From the NCBI GenBank assembly GCA_964016885.1, contig OZ024742.1, positions 126,418,001 to 126,482,000 of the forward strand: a stretch of 64,000 nt of DNA. Reading direction: 5' to 3'. The notes under the pieces were generated by a model. The model was not told the DNA's origin and did no database searches. It was given only the letters and a program-made list of their open reading frames with translations. This document shows, piece by piece, positions 13,977 to 28,100 of the stretch; within the stretch, counting starts at the first letter, position 1; each line of letters begins with the position of its first letter. The DNA is from Eledone cirrhosa (Eukaryota). The position numbers and the translations under genes are program-made.

Positions 13977-15050
13977 TTGAGAGAGAGAGAGAATGTGAGA
14001 GAGAGAGAGAATGTGAGAGAGAGAGTGAGAGTGAGAGTGAAAGAATGTGAGTAAGAGTGTGAGAGTGAAAGAATGTGAGTAAGAGTGTGAGAGTGAAAGA
14101 ATGTGAGTAAGAGTGTGAGAGTGAAAGAATGTGAGTAAGAGTGTGAGAGAGAAAGAATGTGAGTGAGTGTAAGTGAGAGTGTGAGAAAGAGAGTGAGTGA
14201 GAGAGAAAGAGTGAGTGAGAGAGAAAGAGTGAGTGAGTGTGTGAGAGAGTGAGTGAGTGTGAGAGAGTGAGTGAGTGTGAGAGAGAGAGAGTGAGTGAGT
14301 GAGTGTGAGAGAGAGAGAGAGTGAGAGAGAGTGAGTGTGAGAGATAGTGAGTGTGAGAGATGTGAGTGTGAGAGAGAGTGAGTGTGAGAGATGTGAGTGT
14401 GAGAGAGAGTGAGTGTGAGAGAGAGTGAGTGTGAGAGAGTGTGTGAGAGAGTGAGTGTGAGAGAGTGAGTGTGAGAGAGTGAGTGTGAGAGAGAGTGAGT
14501 GTGAGAGAGAGTGAGTGTGAGAGAGAGTGAGTGTGAGAGAGAGAGAGTGTGAGTGTGAGAGAGAGTGAGTGTGAGTGTGAGAGAGTGTGAGTGTGAGAGA
14601 GAGTGAGTGTGAGAGAGAGTGAGTGTGAGTGTGAGAGAGAGTGAGTGTGAGTGTGAGAGAGAGTGAGTGTGAGAGAGAGTGAGTGTGAGAGAGTGTGAGT
14701 GTGAGAGAGTGTGAGTGTGAGAGAGTGTGAGTGTGAGAGAGTGTGAGTGTGAGAGAGTGTGAGTGTGAGAGAGTGTGAGTGTGAGAGAGTGTGAGTGTGA
14801 GAGAGTGTGAGTGTGAGAGAGTGTGAGTGTGAGAGAGTGTGAGTGTGAGAGAGAGAGAGTGAGTGAGAGAGTGAGAGTGAGTGAGAGTGTGAGAGAAAGA
14901 GAGTGAGTGAGAGTGTGAGAGAGAAAGAGAGTGAGTGAGAGTGTGAGAGAGAAAGAGAGTGAGTGAGAGTGTGAGAGAGAAAGAGAGTGAGTGAGAGTGT
15001 GAGAGAGAAAGAGTGAGTGAGAGTGTGAGAGAGAAAGGATGTGAGTGAGA
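13977..15050. repeat. (GA/GT) compound microsatellite abutting an exon donor site
   Basis: GAGTGTGAGA-type repeats ending at the cttac donor (15051-15055). Confidence 0.95.
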
Positions 15051-15055
15051 CTTAC

Positions 15056-15191
15056 CATAATACTTAAGTTCAATGCAGTCTCCCTTGTTGAAGTCAGTGG
15101 ATAGAATGAATGTACTGACCAATAATGGCATAACGGCAAGGGAACTGGCAGCTACCCAGACCACAGCCAGGAAATAGGCAAGAAACAGCAC
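15056..15191 (-). CDS. M6: M6/PLP family exon (TM3 + start of extracellular loop 2)
   Basis: tatttccag|GTG...TAT TAT G|gtaag; VLFLAYFLAVVWVAASSLAVMPLLVSTFILSTDFNKGDCIELKYYG. CIELKYYG matches the family motif C-x-D-(L/A)-R-x-(Y/F)-G. 136 nt, phase 0 to 1. Confidence 0.88.
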
Positions 15192-15206
15192 CTGGAAATA
15201 TAGAAA

Positions 15207-15237
<31 letters not shown>

Positions 15238-15680
15238 AAGCATTTAATGAAAATTATATACAATTATGTGTATCAATTAATATGGTAAAAACTGATTCCT
15301 AAAGAATATACAGCTGTTTTGGGCAGACAAGAAATGATGCCAATTACCATTATTGGTGGATTGGCAGCATTGGCAGAGTGTCAGACACTATACTTTGCAA
15401 CATAGTGTTATGGCCCTTTATGTTCTGAGTTCAAATCCTGCTGAGGTTAACTTTGCCTTTCATCCTTATGGGGTCGATAAAATGAAGTACTGGGGTAATT
15501 GCTGACATTGTGACATTAGATAACAGGTACCAGTAAGACACGGGACCCATCATCAGTATACAGTGTCTTACTAAATACACATAGCTCTTCCGGCATGCAT
15601 TCAATATATATATATATATAGGGGGATTCTTGATATATATTGGGATGTGACCACAGTTAAAAAAGTAGAGTGTAAACATA

Positions 15681-15866
15681 GTGGATTGGCAGTTTCGGTA
15701 GAGGGTCGGACGCCATGCTTTCCAGCATAGTTACGTCCCTTTACGATCCGAGTTCAAATCCCGCCGAGGTTGACTTTGCCTTTCATCCTTACGGGGGTCG
15801 ATAAAATAAAGTACCAGTAATGCACTGGGTAATTGCTGGCCTTGTGCCTAAAGTAGAAACAATTAT
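15681..15866 (+). mobile_element. tRNA-derived SINE family A (representative copy)
   Basis: A-box-like TGGCAGTTTCGGTAG and B-box GAGTTCAAATCCC, followed by ctttgcctttcatccttacggggtcgataaaataaagtaccag...ccttgtgcctaaagtagaaac. Other copies: + strand ~15356, 34790, 43407, 43682, 59370; - strand ~270, 2570, 8160, 8335, 8937, 12420, 47706, 47933, 54301, 54461, 54651, 60620. Confidence 0.85.
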
Positions 15867-16022
15867 AGAAATTACTTCTTCATTACTAGAACTATTTCAC
15901 ATGTGCAGTAAATCATCAGGAAAGTAAATCAGGAAATTCCTGATGATTTCTTATGAATGAAACAGTTCTAGTCCAGTAGAAATCATTTCTATAATAATAA
16001 CAATAACATATATGTATATATG

Positions 16023-16056
<34 letters not shown>

Positions 16057-16196
16057 TGCACCCAAACAGGTTTGTCTGTGTCTAGAGGGGTGGTGGTTAT
16101 AGATTTGTTCATTAAGGATTGAGATAATTTGATAAATGAGTCAAAGAAAAAATTGCAATAAAATTAACATTAATTCAGTACATATTTACTCTCAAG

Positions 16197-16237
<41 letters not shown>

Positions 16238-16748
16238 CACATAAACAAAACCGTTATTGCTCCAGCCAGTTCATTCACCATCGATAACTACCTGAAATAT
16301 ACATACACATATATACACTATATATAGATGTATATGCAAACAAGCAAGTACATGATGCATGTACAAATATATGTGTATGTAATGGATATTAAATCTAGAT
16401 GATGAATGTATGCATGTATATATATTATATCATATATATATATATATATATATATATAACAAAGGAATTGTGGTAAGGAACCAGATGGACCATAACGCAC
16501 CAGAGTACTCAATACTTAGTCCAGAAATAGCTGTCGAAACGGCTTGAGCTCTGCCGTCGGGGTCATACTTTTTCCTATATATATATAAGTATGGGGCGCG
16601 CGCGCGTGCGTGCGTGCAAAATGAATATGTATGAATATATATTATATCATATATATATATATATATATATATCATATATATATTATATCATATATATATA
16701 TATATATATATAAGTATGGTGTGTGTGTAAAATGAATGTTAAATGCTG

Positions 16749-16782
<34 letters not shown>

Positions 16783-16976
16783 AATGAGTAGGACCCCGAC
16801 GGCTGAGCTCAAGCCGTTTCGACGGCTAATTCTGGACTCTACTACCCTAAGTATTGAGTACTTTGAGTACTTTGGTGCGTTATGGTCCATCTGGTTCCTT
16901 GCCACAACTCCTTCGTTATATATGTGTATATATATATATGTTCAGCATTTAACATTCATTTTACACACACACCATA

Positions 16977-17036
<60 letters not shown>

Positions 17037-17103
17037 AACAGGGAAAAGAAAGTACTAGAAATAGAGAAAGAGCAGGAGAGGGATAAGAAAGAGAGGAGGA
17101 TAG

Positions 17104-17452
17104 GGTAGTGGTGATGGCAATGGTAGTAGTAGTGGTGGCTGTGTTGATACTGGTAATAGTAGTAGTAGTAGTGGTCGTCGTCGTCGTAATAATAGTAGTG
17201 GTGGTGGTGGTGGTACTGGTAGTAGTAGTGGTGGTGGTAGTGGTGGTAGTAGTAGTGGTGGTGGTGGTAGTAGTGGTGGTGGTGGTGGTGGTCGTAGTAA
17301 TAGTAGTGGTGGTGGTGATACTGGTAGTAGTAATGGTGGTGGTAGTAGTAGTGGTGGTGGTAGTAGTGGTGGTGGTGGTGGTGGTGGTGGTGGTGGTGGT
17401 GGTGGTGGTAGTAGTGGTGGTGGTGGTGATACTGGTAGTAGTAGTGGTGGTG
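17104..17452. repeat. (GTG/GTA)n trinucleotide repeat
   Basis: Direct reading; the poly-V and poly-T ORFs here are artefacts. Confidence 0.95.
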
Positions 17453-17747
17453 AAATGAAGTGAGTAAAAGCTAAGGAATTCAGCTAAACAGTGAAAGTAG
17501 GTTAGAGAACAACTGTGTGTGTCTTCCAATTTCCAGTAAATTCCTTGGAACAGTTTCATTGGAGATCACAATCAATATCTTACCTTCTCCCCCCTCCTCC
17601 TCCCCACGATTGTTCTACATCCATCCCTCTCCCTCTTTCTCTCTCTCCCTCTCCTTCTCCTTCTCTCTATCTTGGTCTCTGTCTTGCAACCTTCTTATCT
17701 CAACTCTCACTAACTCATCTTACCATTTCTCCTCTCCTCTTTCTAAC

Positions 17748-18952
17748 ACTTCTTACAATCTCTCTAACTTCTTACAGTCTCTCTAACTTCTTACAGTCTC
17801 TCTAACTTCTTACAATCTCTCTACCTTCTTCCCATCAATCTCTCTCTAACTCTTCTTACAATCTCTAACTTCTTACCATCTCTCTCTAACTTCTTACCAT
17901 CTCTCTCTAACTTCTTACCATCTCTCTCTAACTTCTTACCATCTCTCTCTAACTTCTTACCATCTCTCTCTAACTTCTTACCATCTCTCTCTAACTTCTT
18001 ACCATCTCTCTCTAACTCTTCTTACCATCTCTCTCTAACTCTTCTTACAATCTCTCTCTAACTCTTCTTACAATCTCTCTCTAACTCTTCTTACAATCTC
18101 TCTCTAACTCTTCTTACAATCTCTCTAACTCTTCTTACAATCTCTCTACCTTCTTCCCATCAATCTCTCTCTAACTCTTCTTACAATCTCTAACTTCTTA
18201 CCATCTCTCTCTAACGCTTCTTACAATCTCTCTAGCTTCTTACAATCTCTCTCTCTAACTCTTCTTACAATCTCTAGCTTCTTACAATCTCTCTCTAACT
18301 CTTCTTACAATCTCTCTAACTTCTTCCCATCTCTCTCTCTCTAACTCTACTTACAATCTCTCTAACTTCTTCCCATCTCTCTCTCTCTTCTTACAATCTC
18401 TCTAGCTTCTTACAATCTCTCTAGCTTCTTACAATCTCTCTAGCTTCTTACAATCTCTCTAGCTTCTTACAATCTCTCTAGCTTCTTACAATCTCTCTAG
18501 CTTCTTACAATCTCTCTAGCTTCTTACAATCTCTCTAGCTTCTTACAATCTCTCTAGCTTCTTACAATCTCTCTAGCTTCTTACAATCTCTCTAGCTTCT
18601 TACAATCTCTCTAGCTTCTTACAATCTCTCTAGCTTCTTACAATCTCTCTAGCTTCTTACAATCTCTCTAGCTTCTTACAATCTCTCTAGCTTCTTACAA
18701 ACTCTCTCTCTCTAACACTTCTTACCATCTCTCTCTCTAACTCTTCTTACCATCTCTCTCTCTAACTCTTCTTACCATCTCTCTCTCTAACTCTTCTTAC
18801 CATCTCTCTCTCTAACTCTTCTTACCATCTCTCTCTCTAACTCTTCTTACCATCTCTCTCTCTAACTCTTCTTACCATCTCTCTCTCTCTCTAACTTCTT
18901 CCCATCTCTCTCTCTCTAACTCTTCTTACCATCTCTCTCTCTCTAACTCTTA
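17748..18952. repeat. ~19-25-bp minisatellite (CTCTCTARCTTCTTACMAT)
   Basis: Direct reading; homogeneous 19-bp ctctctagcttcttacaat run at ~18398-18700. Confidence 0.95.
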
Positions 18953-19126
18953 TTACCACCACCTTTCTCTCACTGTTCATCTCATCTCACAATATATCTC
19001 AACACTCCCTCTCCTCTGCTCTATCCCCTTTCACTATTTCTATCACTTTTCTTTGCCTCAATTTGCTCTAACTTTCTTTCACTCCTTCTCACACTCTTAT
19101 CCTCCTCTGCTCATTCATATTTCTCT

Positions 19127-22100
19127 CCCTATCTCTCTACATCTCCTGTGCTACATCTCTCATATTCCCTATCTCTCTACATCTCCCGTGCTACATCTCT
19201 CCCATTCCCTATCTCTCTACATCAATCTCTACATCTCTCCCATTCCCTATCTCTCTACATCAATCTCTACATCTACCATGCTACATCTCTCACATTCCCT
19301 ATCTCTCTACATCTCTCTACATCTACCATGCTACATCTCTCACATTCCCTATCTCTCTACATCTCTACATCTCCCATGCTACATCTCTCACATTCCCTAT
19401 CTCTCTACATCTCTCTATCTACCGTGCTACATCTCTCCCATTCCCTATCTCTCTACATCAATCTCTACATCTACCGTGCTATATCTCTCACATTCCTTAT
19501 CTCTACATCTCTCTACATCTACCATGCTACATCTCTCACATTCCCTATCTCTCTACATCTACCGTGCTACATCTCTCCCATTCCCTATCTCTCTACATCT
19601 ACCGTGCTACATCTCTCCCATTCCCTATCTCTCTACATCTCTCTACATCTCCCTACATCTCTCTACATCTACCGTGCTACATCTCTCCCATTCCCTATCT
19701 CTCTACATCAATCTCTACATCTACCATGCTACATCTCTCCCATTCCCTATCTCTCTACATCTACCATGCTACATCTCTCACATTCCCTATCTCTCTACAT
19801 CTCTCTACATCTACCGTGCTACATCTCTCCCATTCCCTATCTCTCTACATCAATCTCTACATCTACCGTGCTACATCTCTCCCATTCCCTATCTCTCTAC
19901 ATCAATCTCTACATCTACCGTGCTATATCTCTCACATTCCTTATCTCTACATCTACCATGCTACATCTCTCACATTCCCTATCTCTCTACATCTACCGTG
20001 CTACATCTCTCCCATTCCCTATCTCTCTACATCTCTCTACATCTACCGTGCTACATCTCTCCCATTCCCTATCTCTCTACATCTCTCTACATCTCTCTAC
20101 ATCTCTCTACATCTACCGTGCTACATCTCTCCCATTCCCTATCTCTCTACATCAATCTCTACATCTACTGTGCTACATCTCTCCCATTCCCTATCTCTCT
20201 ACATCTACCATGCTACATCTCTCACATTCCCTATCTCTCTACATCTCTCTACATCTACCGTGCTACATCTCTCCCATTCCCTATCTCTCTACATCTCTCT
20301 ACATCTACCGTGCTACATCTCTCCCATTCCCTATCTCTCTACATCAATCTCTACATCTACCATGCTACATCTCTCCCATTCCCCATCTCTCTACATCTCT
20401 CTACATCTACCGTGCTACATCTCTCCCATTCCCTATCTCTCTACATCAATCTCTACATCTACCGTGCTACATCTCTCCCATTCTCTATCTCTCTACATCT
20501 CTCTACATCTACCGTGCTACATCTCTCACATTCCCTATCTCTCTACATCAATCTCTACATCTACCATGCTACATCTCTCACATTCCCTATCTCTCTACAT
20601 CTACCGTGCTACATCTCTCACATTCCCTATCTCTCTACATCTACTGTGCTACATCTCTCACATTCCCCATCTCTCTACATCAATCTCTACATCTACCGTG
20701 CTACATCTCTCCCATTCCCTATCTCTCTACATCTACCGTGCTACATCTCTCACATTCCCTATCTCTCTACATCTCTCTACATCTACCGTGCTACATCTAC
20801 CATGCTATATCTCTCACATTCCCTATCTCTCTACATCTACCGTGCTACATCTCTCACATTCCCTATCTCTCTACATCTCTCTACATCAATCTCTACATCT
20901 ACCGTGCTATATCTCTCACATTCCCTATCTCTCTACATCTACCATGCTACATCTCTCACATTCCCTATCTCTCTACATCTACCATGCTACATCTCTCACA
21001 TTCCCTATCTCTCTACATCTCTCTACATCTACCATGCTACATCTCTCACATTCCCTATCTCTCTACATCTCTCTAACTCTACCATGCTACATCTCTCACA
21101 TTCCCTATCTCTCTACATCTACCATGCTACATCTTTCACATTCCCTATCTCTCTACATCTACCATGCTACACCTCTCACATTCCCTATCTCTCTACATCT
21201 ACCATGCTACATCTCTCACATTCCCTATCTCTCTACATCTCTCTACATCTACCATGCTACATCTCTCACATTCCCTATCTCTCTACATCTACCGTGCTAC
21301 ATCTCTCACATTCCCTATTTCTCTACATCTACCATGCTACATCTCTCACATTCCCTATCTCTCTACATCTCTCTACATCTACCGTGCTATATCTCTCACA
21401 TTCCCTATCTCTCTACATCTACCGTGCTACATCTCTCACATTCCCTATCTCTCTACATCTCTCTACATCAATCTCTACATCTACCATGCTACATCTCTCA
21501 CATTCCCTATTTCTCTACATCTACCATGCTACATCTCTGACATTCCCTATCTCTCTACATCTCTCTACATCAATCTCTACATCTACTGTGCTACATCTCT
21601 CACATTCCCTATCTCTCTACATCTACCATGCTACATCTCTCACATTCCCTATCTCTCTACATCTCTCTACATCAATCTCTACATCTACCGTGCTACATCT
21701 CCCACATTCCCTATCTCTCTACATCTCTCTACATCTACCATGCTACATCTCTCACATTCCCTATCTCTCTACATCTACCATGCTACATCTCTCACATTCC
21801 CTATCTCTCTACATCTACCATGCTACATCTCTCACATTCCCTATCTCTCTACATCTCTCTACATCTACCGTGCTACATCTCTCACATTCCCTATCTCTCT
21901 ACATCTCTCTACATCTACCGTGCTATATCTCTCACATTCCCTATCTCTCTACATCTACCATGCTACATCTCTCACATTCCCTATCTCTCTACATCTCTCT
22001 ACATCTACCGTGCTACATCTCTCACATTCCCTATCTCTCTACATCAATCTCTACATCTACCGTGCTACATCTCTCACATTCCCTATCTCTCTACATCTCT

Positions 22101-25100
22101 CACATTCCCTATCTCTCTACATCTCTCTACATCTACCGTGCTACATCTTTCACATTCCCTATCTCTCTACATCTACCATGCTACATCTCTCACATTCCCT
22201 ATCTCTCTACATCTACCATGCTACATCTCTCACATTCCCTATCTCTCTACATCAATCTCTACATCTACCGTGCTACATATCTCACATTCCCTATCTCTCT
22301 ACATCTACCGTGCTACATATCTCACATTCCCTATCTCTCTACATCAATCTCTACATCTACCGTGCTACATATCTCACATTCCCTATCTCTCTACATCTAC
22401 CGTGCTACATCTCTCCCATTCTCTATCTCTCTACATCTCTCTACATCTACCGTGCTACATCTCTCACATTCCCTATCTCTCTACATCAATCTCTACATCT
22501 ACCATGCTACATCTCTCACATTCCCTATCTCTCTACATCTACCGTGCTACATCTCTCACATTCCCTATCTCTCTACATCTACTGTGCTACATCTCTCACA
22601 TTCCCCATCTCTCTACATCAATCTCTACATCTACCGTGCTACATCTCTCCCATTCCCTATCTCTCTACATCTACCGTGCTACATCTCTCACATTCCCTAT
22701 CTCTCTACATCTACCGTGCTACATCTCTCACATTCCCTATCTCTCTACATCTCTCTACATCTACCGTGCTACATCTACCATGCTATATCTCTCACATTCC
22801 CTATCTCTCTACATGTCTCTACATCAATCTCTACATCTACCGTGCTATATCTCTCACATTCCCTATCTCTCTACATCTACCATGCTACATCTCTCACATT
22901 CCCTATCTCTCTACATCTACCATGCTACATCTCTCACATTCCCTATCTCTCTACATCTCTCTACATCTACCATGTTACATCTCTCACATTCCCTATCTCT
23001 CTACATCTCTCTACATCTACCATGCTACATCTCTCACATTCCCTATCTCTCTACATCTACCATGCTACATCTCTCACATTCCCTATCTCTCTACATCTAC
23101 CATGCTACACCTCTCACATTCCCTATCTCTCTACATCTACCATGCTACATCTCTCACATTCCCTATCTCTCTACATCTCTCTACATCTACCATGCTACAT
23201 CTCTCACATTCCCTATCTCTCTACATCTACCATGCTACATCTCTCACATTCCCTATCTCTCTACATCTCTCTACATCTACCGTGCTATATCTCTCACATT
23301 CCCTATCTCTCTACATCTACCGTGCTACATCTCTCACATTCCCTATTTCTCTACATCTACCATGCTACATCTCTCACATTCCCTATTTCTCTACATCTAC
23401 CATGCTACATCTCTCACATTCCCTATCTCTCTACATCTCTCTACATCAATCTCTACATCTACTGTGCTACATCTCTCACATTCCCTATCTCTCTACATCT
23501 ACCATGCTACATCTCTCACATTCCCTATCTCTCTACATCTCTCTACATCAATCTCTACATCTACCGTGCTACATCTCTCACATTCCCTATCTCTCTACAT
23601 CTCTCTACATCTACCATGCTACATCTCTCACATTCCCTATCTCTCTACATCTACCATGCTACATCTCTCACATTCCCTATCTCTCTACATCTCTCTACAT
23701 CTACCGTGCTACATCTACCATGCTATATCTCTCACATTCCCTATCTCTCTACATCTACCGTGCTACATCTCTCACATTCCCTATCTCTCTACATCTCTCT
23801 ACATCAATCTCTACATCTACCGTGCTATATCTCTCACATTCCCTATCTCTCTACATCTACCATGCTACATCTCTCACATTCCCTATCTCTCTACATCTAC
23901 CATGCTACATCTCTCACATTCCCTATCTCTCTACATCTCTACATCTACCATGCTACATCTCTCACATTCCCTATCTCTCTACATCTCTCTACATCTACCA
24001 TGCTACATCTCTCACATTCCCTATCTCTCTACATCTACCATGCTACATCTCTCACATTCCCTATCTCTCTACATCTACCATGCTACACCTCTCACATTCC
24101 CTATCTCTCTACATCTCTCACATTCCCTATCTCTCTACATCTCTCTACATCTACCATGCTACATCTCTCACATTCCCTATCTCTCTACATCTACCGTGCT
24201 ACATCTCTCACATTCCCTATTTCTCTACATCTACCATGCTACATCTCTCACATTCCCTATCTCTCTACATCTCTCTACATCTACCGTGCTATATCTCTCA
24301 CATTCCCTATCTCTCTACATCTACCGTGCTACATCTCTCACATTCCCTATCTCTCTACATCTCTCTACATCAATCTCTACATCTACCATGCTACATCTCT
24401 CACATTCCCTATTTCTCTACATCTACCATGCTACATCTCTCACATTCCCTATCTCTCTACATCTCTCTACATCAATCTCTACATCTACTGTGCTACATCT
24501 CTCACATTCCCTATCTCTCTACATCTACCATGCTACATCTCTCACATTCCCTATCTCTCTACATCTCTCTACATCAATCTCTACATCTACCGTGCTACAT
24601 CTCCCACATTCCCTATCTCTCTACATCTCTCTACATCTACCATGCTACATCTCTCACATTCCCTATCTCTCTACATCTCTCTACATCTACCATGCTACAT
24701 CTCTCACATTCCCTATCTCTCTACATCTACCATGCTACATCTCTCACATTCCCTATCTCTCTACATCTCTCTACATCTACCGTGCTACATCTCTCACATT
24801 CCCTATCTCTCTACATCTCTCTACATCTACCGTGCTATATCTCTCACATTCCCTATCTCTCTACATCTACCATGCTACATCTCTCACATTCCCTATCTCT
24901 CTACATCTCTCTACATCTACCGTGCTACATCTCTCACATTCCCTATCTCTCTACATCAATCTCTACATCTACCGTGCTACATCTCTCACATTCCCTATCT
25001 CTCTACATCTCTCACATTCCCTATCTCTCTACATCTCTCTACATCTACCGTGCTACATCTTTCACATTCCCTATCTCTCTACATCTACCATGCTACATCT

Positions 25101-28100
25101 CTCACATTCCCTATCTCTCTACATCTACCATGCTACATCTCTCACATTCCCTATCTCTCTACATCAATCTCTACATCTACCGTGCTACATATCTCACATT
25201 CCCTATCTCTCTACATCAATCTCTACATCTACCGTGCTACATATCTCACATTCCCTATCTCTCTACATCTACCGTGCTACATCTCTCCCATTCTCTATCT
25301 CTCTACATCTCTCTACATCTACCGTGCTACATCTCTCACATTCCCTATCTCTCTACATCAATCTCTACATCTACCATGCTACATCTCTCACATTCCCTAT
25401 CTCTCTACATCTACCGTGCTACATCTCTCACATTCCCTATCTCTCTACATCTACTGTGCTACATCTCTCACATTCCCCATCTCTCTACATCAATCTCTAC
25501 ATCTACCGTGCTACATCTCTCCCATTCCCTATCTCTCTACATCTACCGTGCTACATCTCTCACATTCCCTATCTCTCTACATCTCTCTACATCTACCGTG
25601 CTACATCTACCATGCTATATCTCTCACATTCCCTATCTCTCTACATGTCTCTACATCAATCTCTACATCTACCGTGCTATATCTCTCACATTCCCTATCT
25701 CTCTACATCTACCATGCTACATCTCTCACATTCCCTATCTCTCTACATCTACCATGCTACATCTCTCACATTCCCTATCTCTCTACATCTCTCTACATCT
25801 GCCATGCTACATCTCTCACATTCCCTATCTCTCTACATCTCTCTACATCTACCATGCTACATCTCTCACATTCCCTATCTCTCTACATCTACCATGCTAC
25901 ATCTCTCACATTCCCTATCTCTCTACATCTACCATGCTACACCTCTCACATTCCCTATCTCTCTACATCTACCATGCTACATCTCTCACATTCCCTATCT
26001 CTCTACATCTCTCTACATCTACCATGCTACATCTCTCACATTCCCTATCTCTCTACATCTACCATGCTACATCTCTCACATTCCCTATTTCTCTACATCT
26101 ACCATGCTACATCTCTCACATTCCCTATCTCTCTACATCTCTCTACATCTACCGTGCTATATCTCTCACATTCCCTATCTCTCTACATCTACCGTGCTAC
26201 ATCTCTCACATTCCCTATTTCTCTACATCTACCATGCTACATCTCTCACATTCCCTATCTCTCTACATCTACCATGCTACATCTCTCACATTCCCTATCT
26301 CTCTACATCTCTCTACATCAATCTCTACATCTACTGTGCTACATCTCTCACATTCCCTATCTCTCTACATCTCTCTACATCTACCATGCTACATCTCTCA
26401 CATTCCCTATCTCTCTACATCTACCGTGCTACATCTCTCACATTCCCTATTTCTCTACATCTACCATGCTACATCTCTCACATTCCCTATCTCTCTACAT
26501 CTCTCTACATCTACCGTGCTATATCTCTCACATTCCCTATCTCTCTACATCTACCGTGCTACATCTCTCACATTCCCTATCTCTCTACATCTCTCTACAT
26601 CAATCTCTACATCTACCATGCTACATCTCTCACATTCCCTATTTCTCTACATCTACCATGCTACATCTCTCACATTCCCTATCTCTCTACATCTCTCTAC
26701 ATCAATCTCTACATCTACTGTGCTACATCTCTCACATTCCCTATCTCTCTACATCTACCATGCTACATCTCTCACATTCCCTATCTCTCTACATCTCTCT
26801 ACATCAATCTCTACATCTACCGTGCTACATCTCCCACATTCCCTATCTCTCTACATCTCTCTACATCTACCATGCTACATCTCTCACATTCCCTATCTCT
26901 CTACATCTCTCTACATCTACCATGCTACATCTCTCACATTCCCTATCTCTCTACATCTACCATGCTACATCTCTCACATTCCCTATCTCTCTACATCTCT
27001 CTACATCTACCGTGCTACATCTCTCACATTCCCTATCTCTCTACATCTCTCTACATCTACCGTGCTATATCTCTCACATTCCCTATCTCTCTACATCTAC
27101 CATGCTACATCTCTCACATTCCCTATCTCTCTACATCTCTACATCTACCGTGCTACATCTCTCACATTCCCTATCTCTCTACATCAATCTCTACATCTAC
27201 CGTGCTACATCTCTCACATTCCCTATCTCTCTACATCTCTCACATTCCCTATCTCTCTACATCTCTCTACATCTACCGTGCTACATCTTTCACATTCCCT
27301 ATCTCTCTACATCTACCATGCTACATCTCTCACATTCCCTATCTCTCTACATCTACCATGCTACATCTCTCACATTCCCTATCTCTCTACATCAATCTCT
27401 ACATCTACCGTGCTACATATCTCACATTCCCTATCTCTCTACATCAATCTCTACATCTACCGTGCTACATATCTCACATTCCCTATCTCTCTACATCAAT
27501 CTCTACATCTACCGTGCTACATATCTCACATTCCCTATCTCTCTACATCTACCGTGCTACATCTCTCCCATTCTCTATCTCTCTACATCTCTCTACATCT
27601 ACCGTGCTACATCTCTCACATTCCCTATCTCTCTACATCAATCTCTACATCTACCATGCTACATCTCTCACATTCCCTATCTCTCTACATCTACCGTGCT
27701 ACATCTCTCACATTCCCTATCTCTCTACATCTACTGTGCTACATCTCTCACATTCCCCATCTCTCTACATCAATCTCTACATCTACCGTGCTACATCTCT
27801 CCCATTCCCTATCTCTCTACATCTACCGTGCTACATCTCTCACATTCCCTATCTCTCTACATCTCTCTACATCTACCGTGCTACATCTACCATGCTATAT
27901 CTCTCACATTCCCTATCTCTCTACATGTCTCTACATCAATCTCTACATCTACCGTGCTATATCTCTCACATTCCCTATCTCTCTACATCTACCATGCTAC
28001 ATCTCTCACATTACCTATCTCTCTACATCTACCATGCTACATCTCTCACATTCCCTATCTCTCTACATCTCTCTACATCTGCCATGCTACATCTCTCACA

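Noticed and set aside
13908-15263. 451-aa and 393-aa ORFs
   Set aside because: Only 15056-15191 is a real exon; the rest is read-through into a microsatellite.
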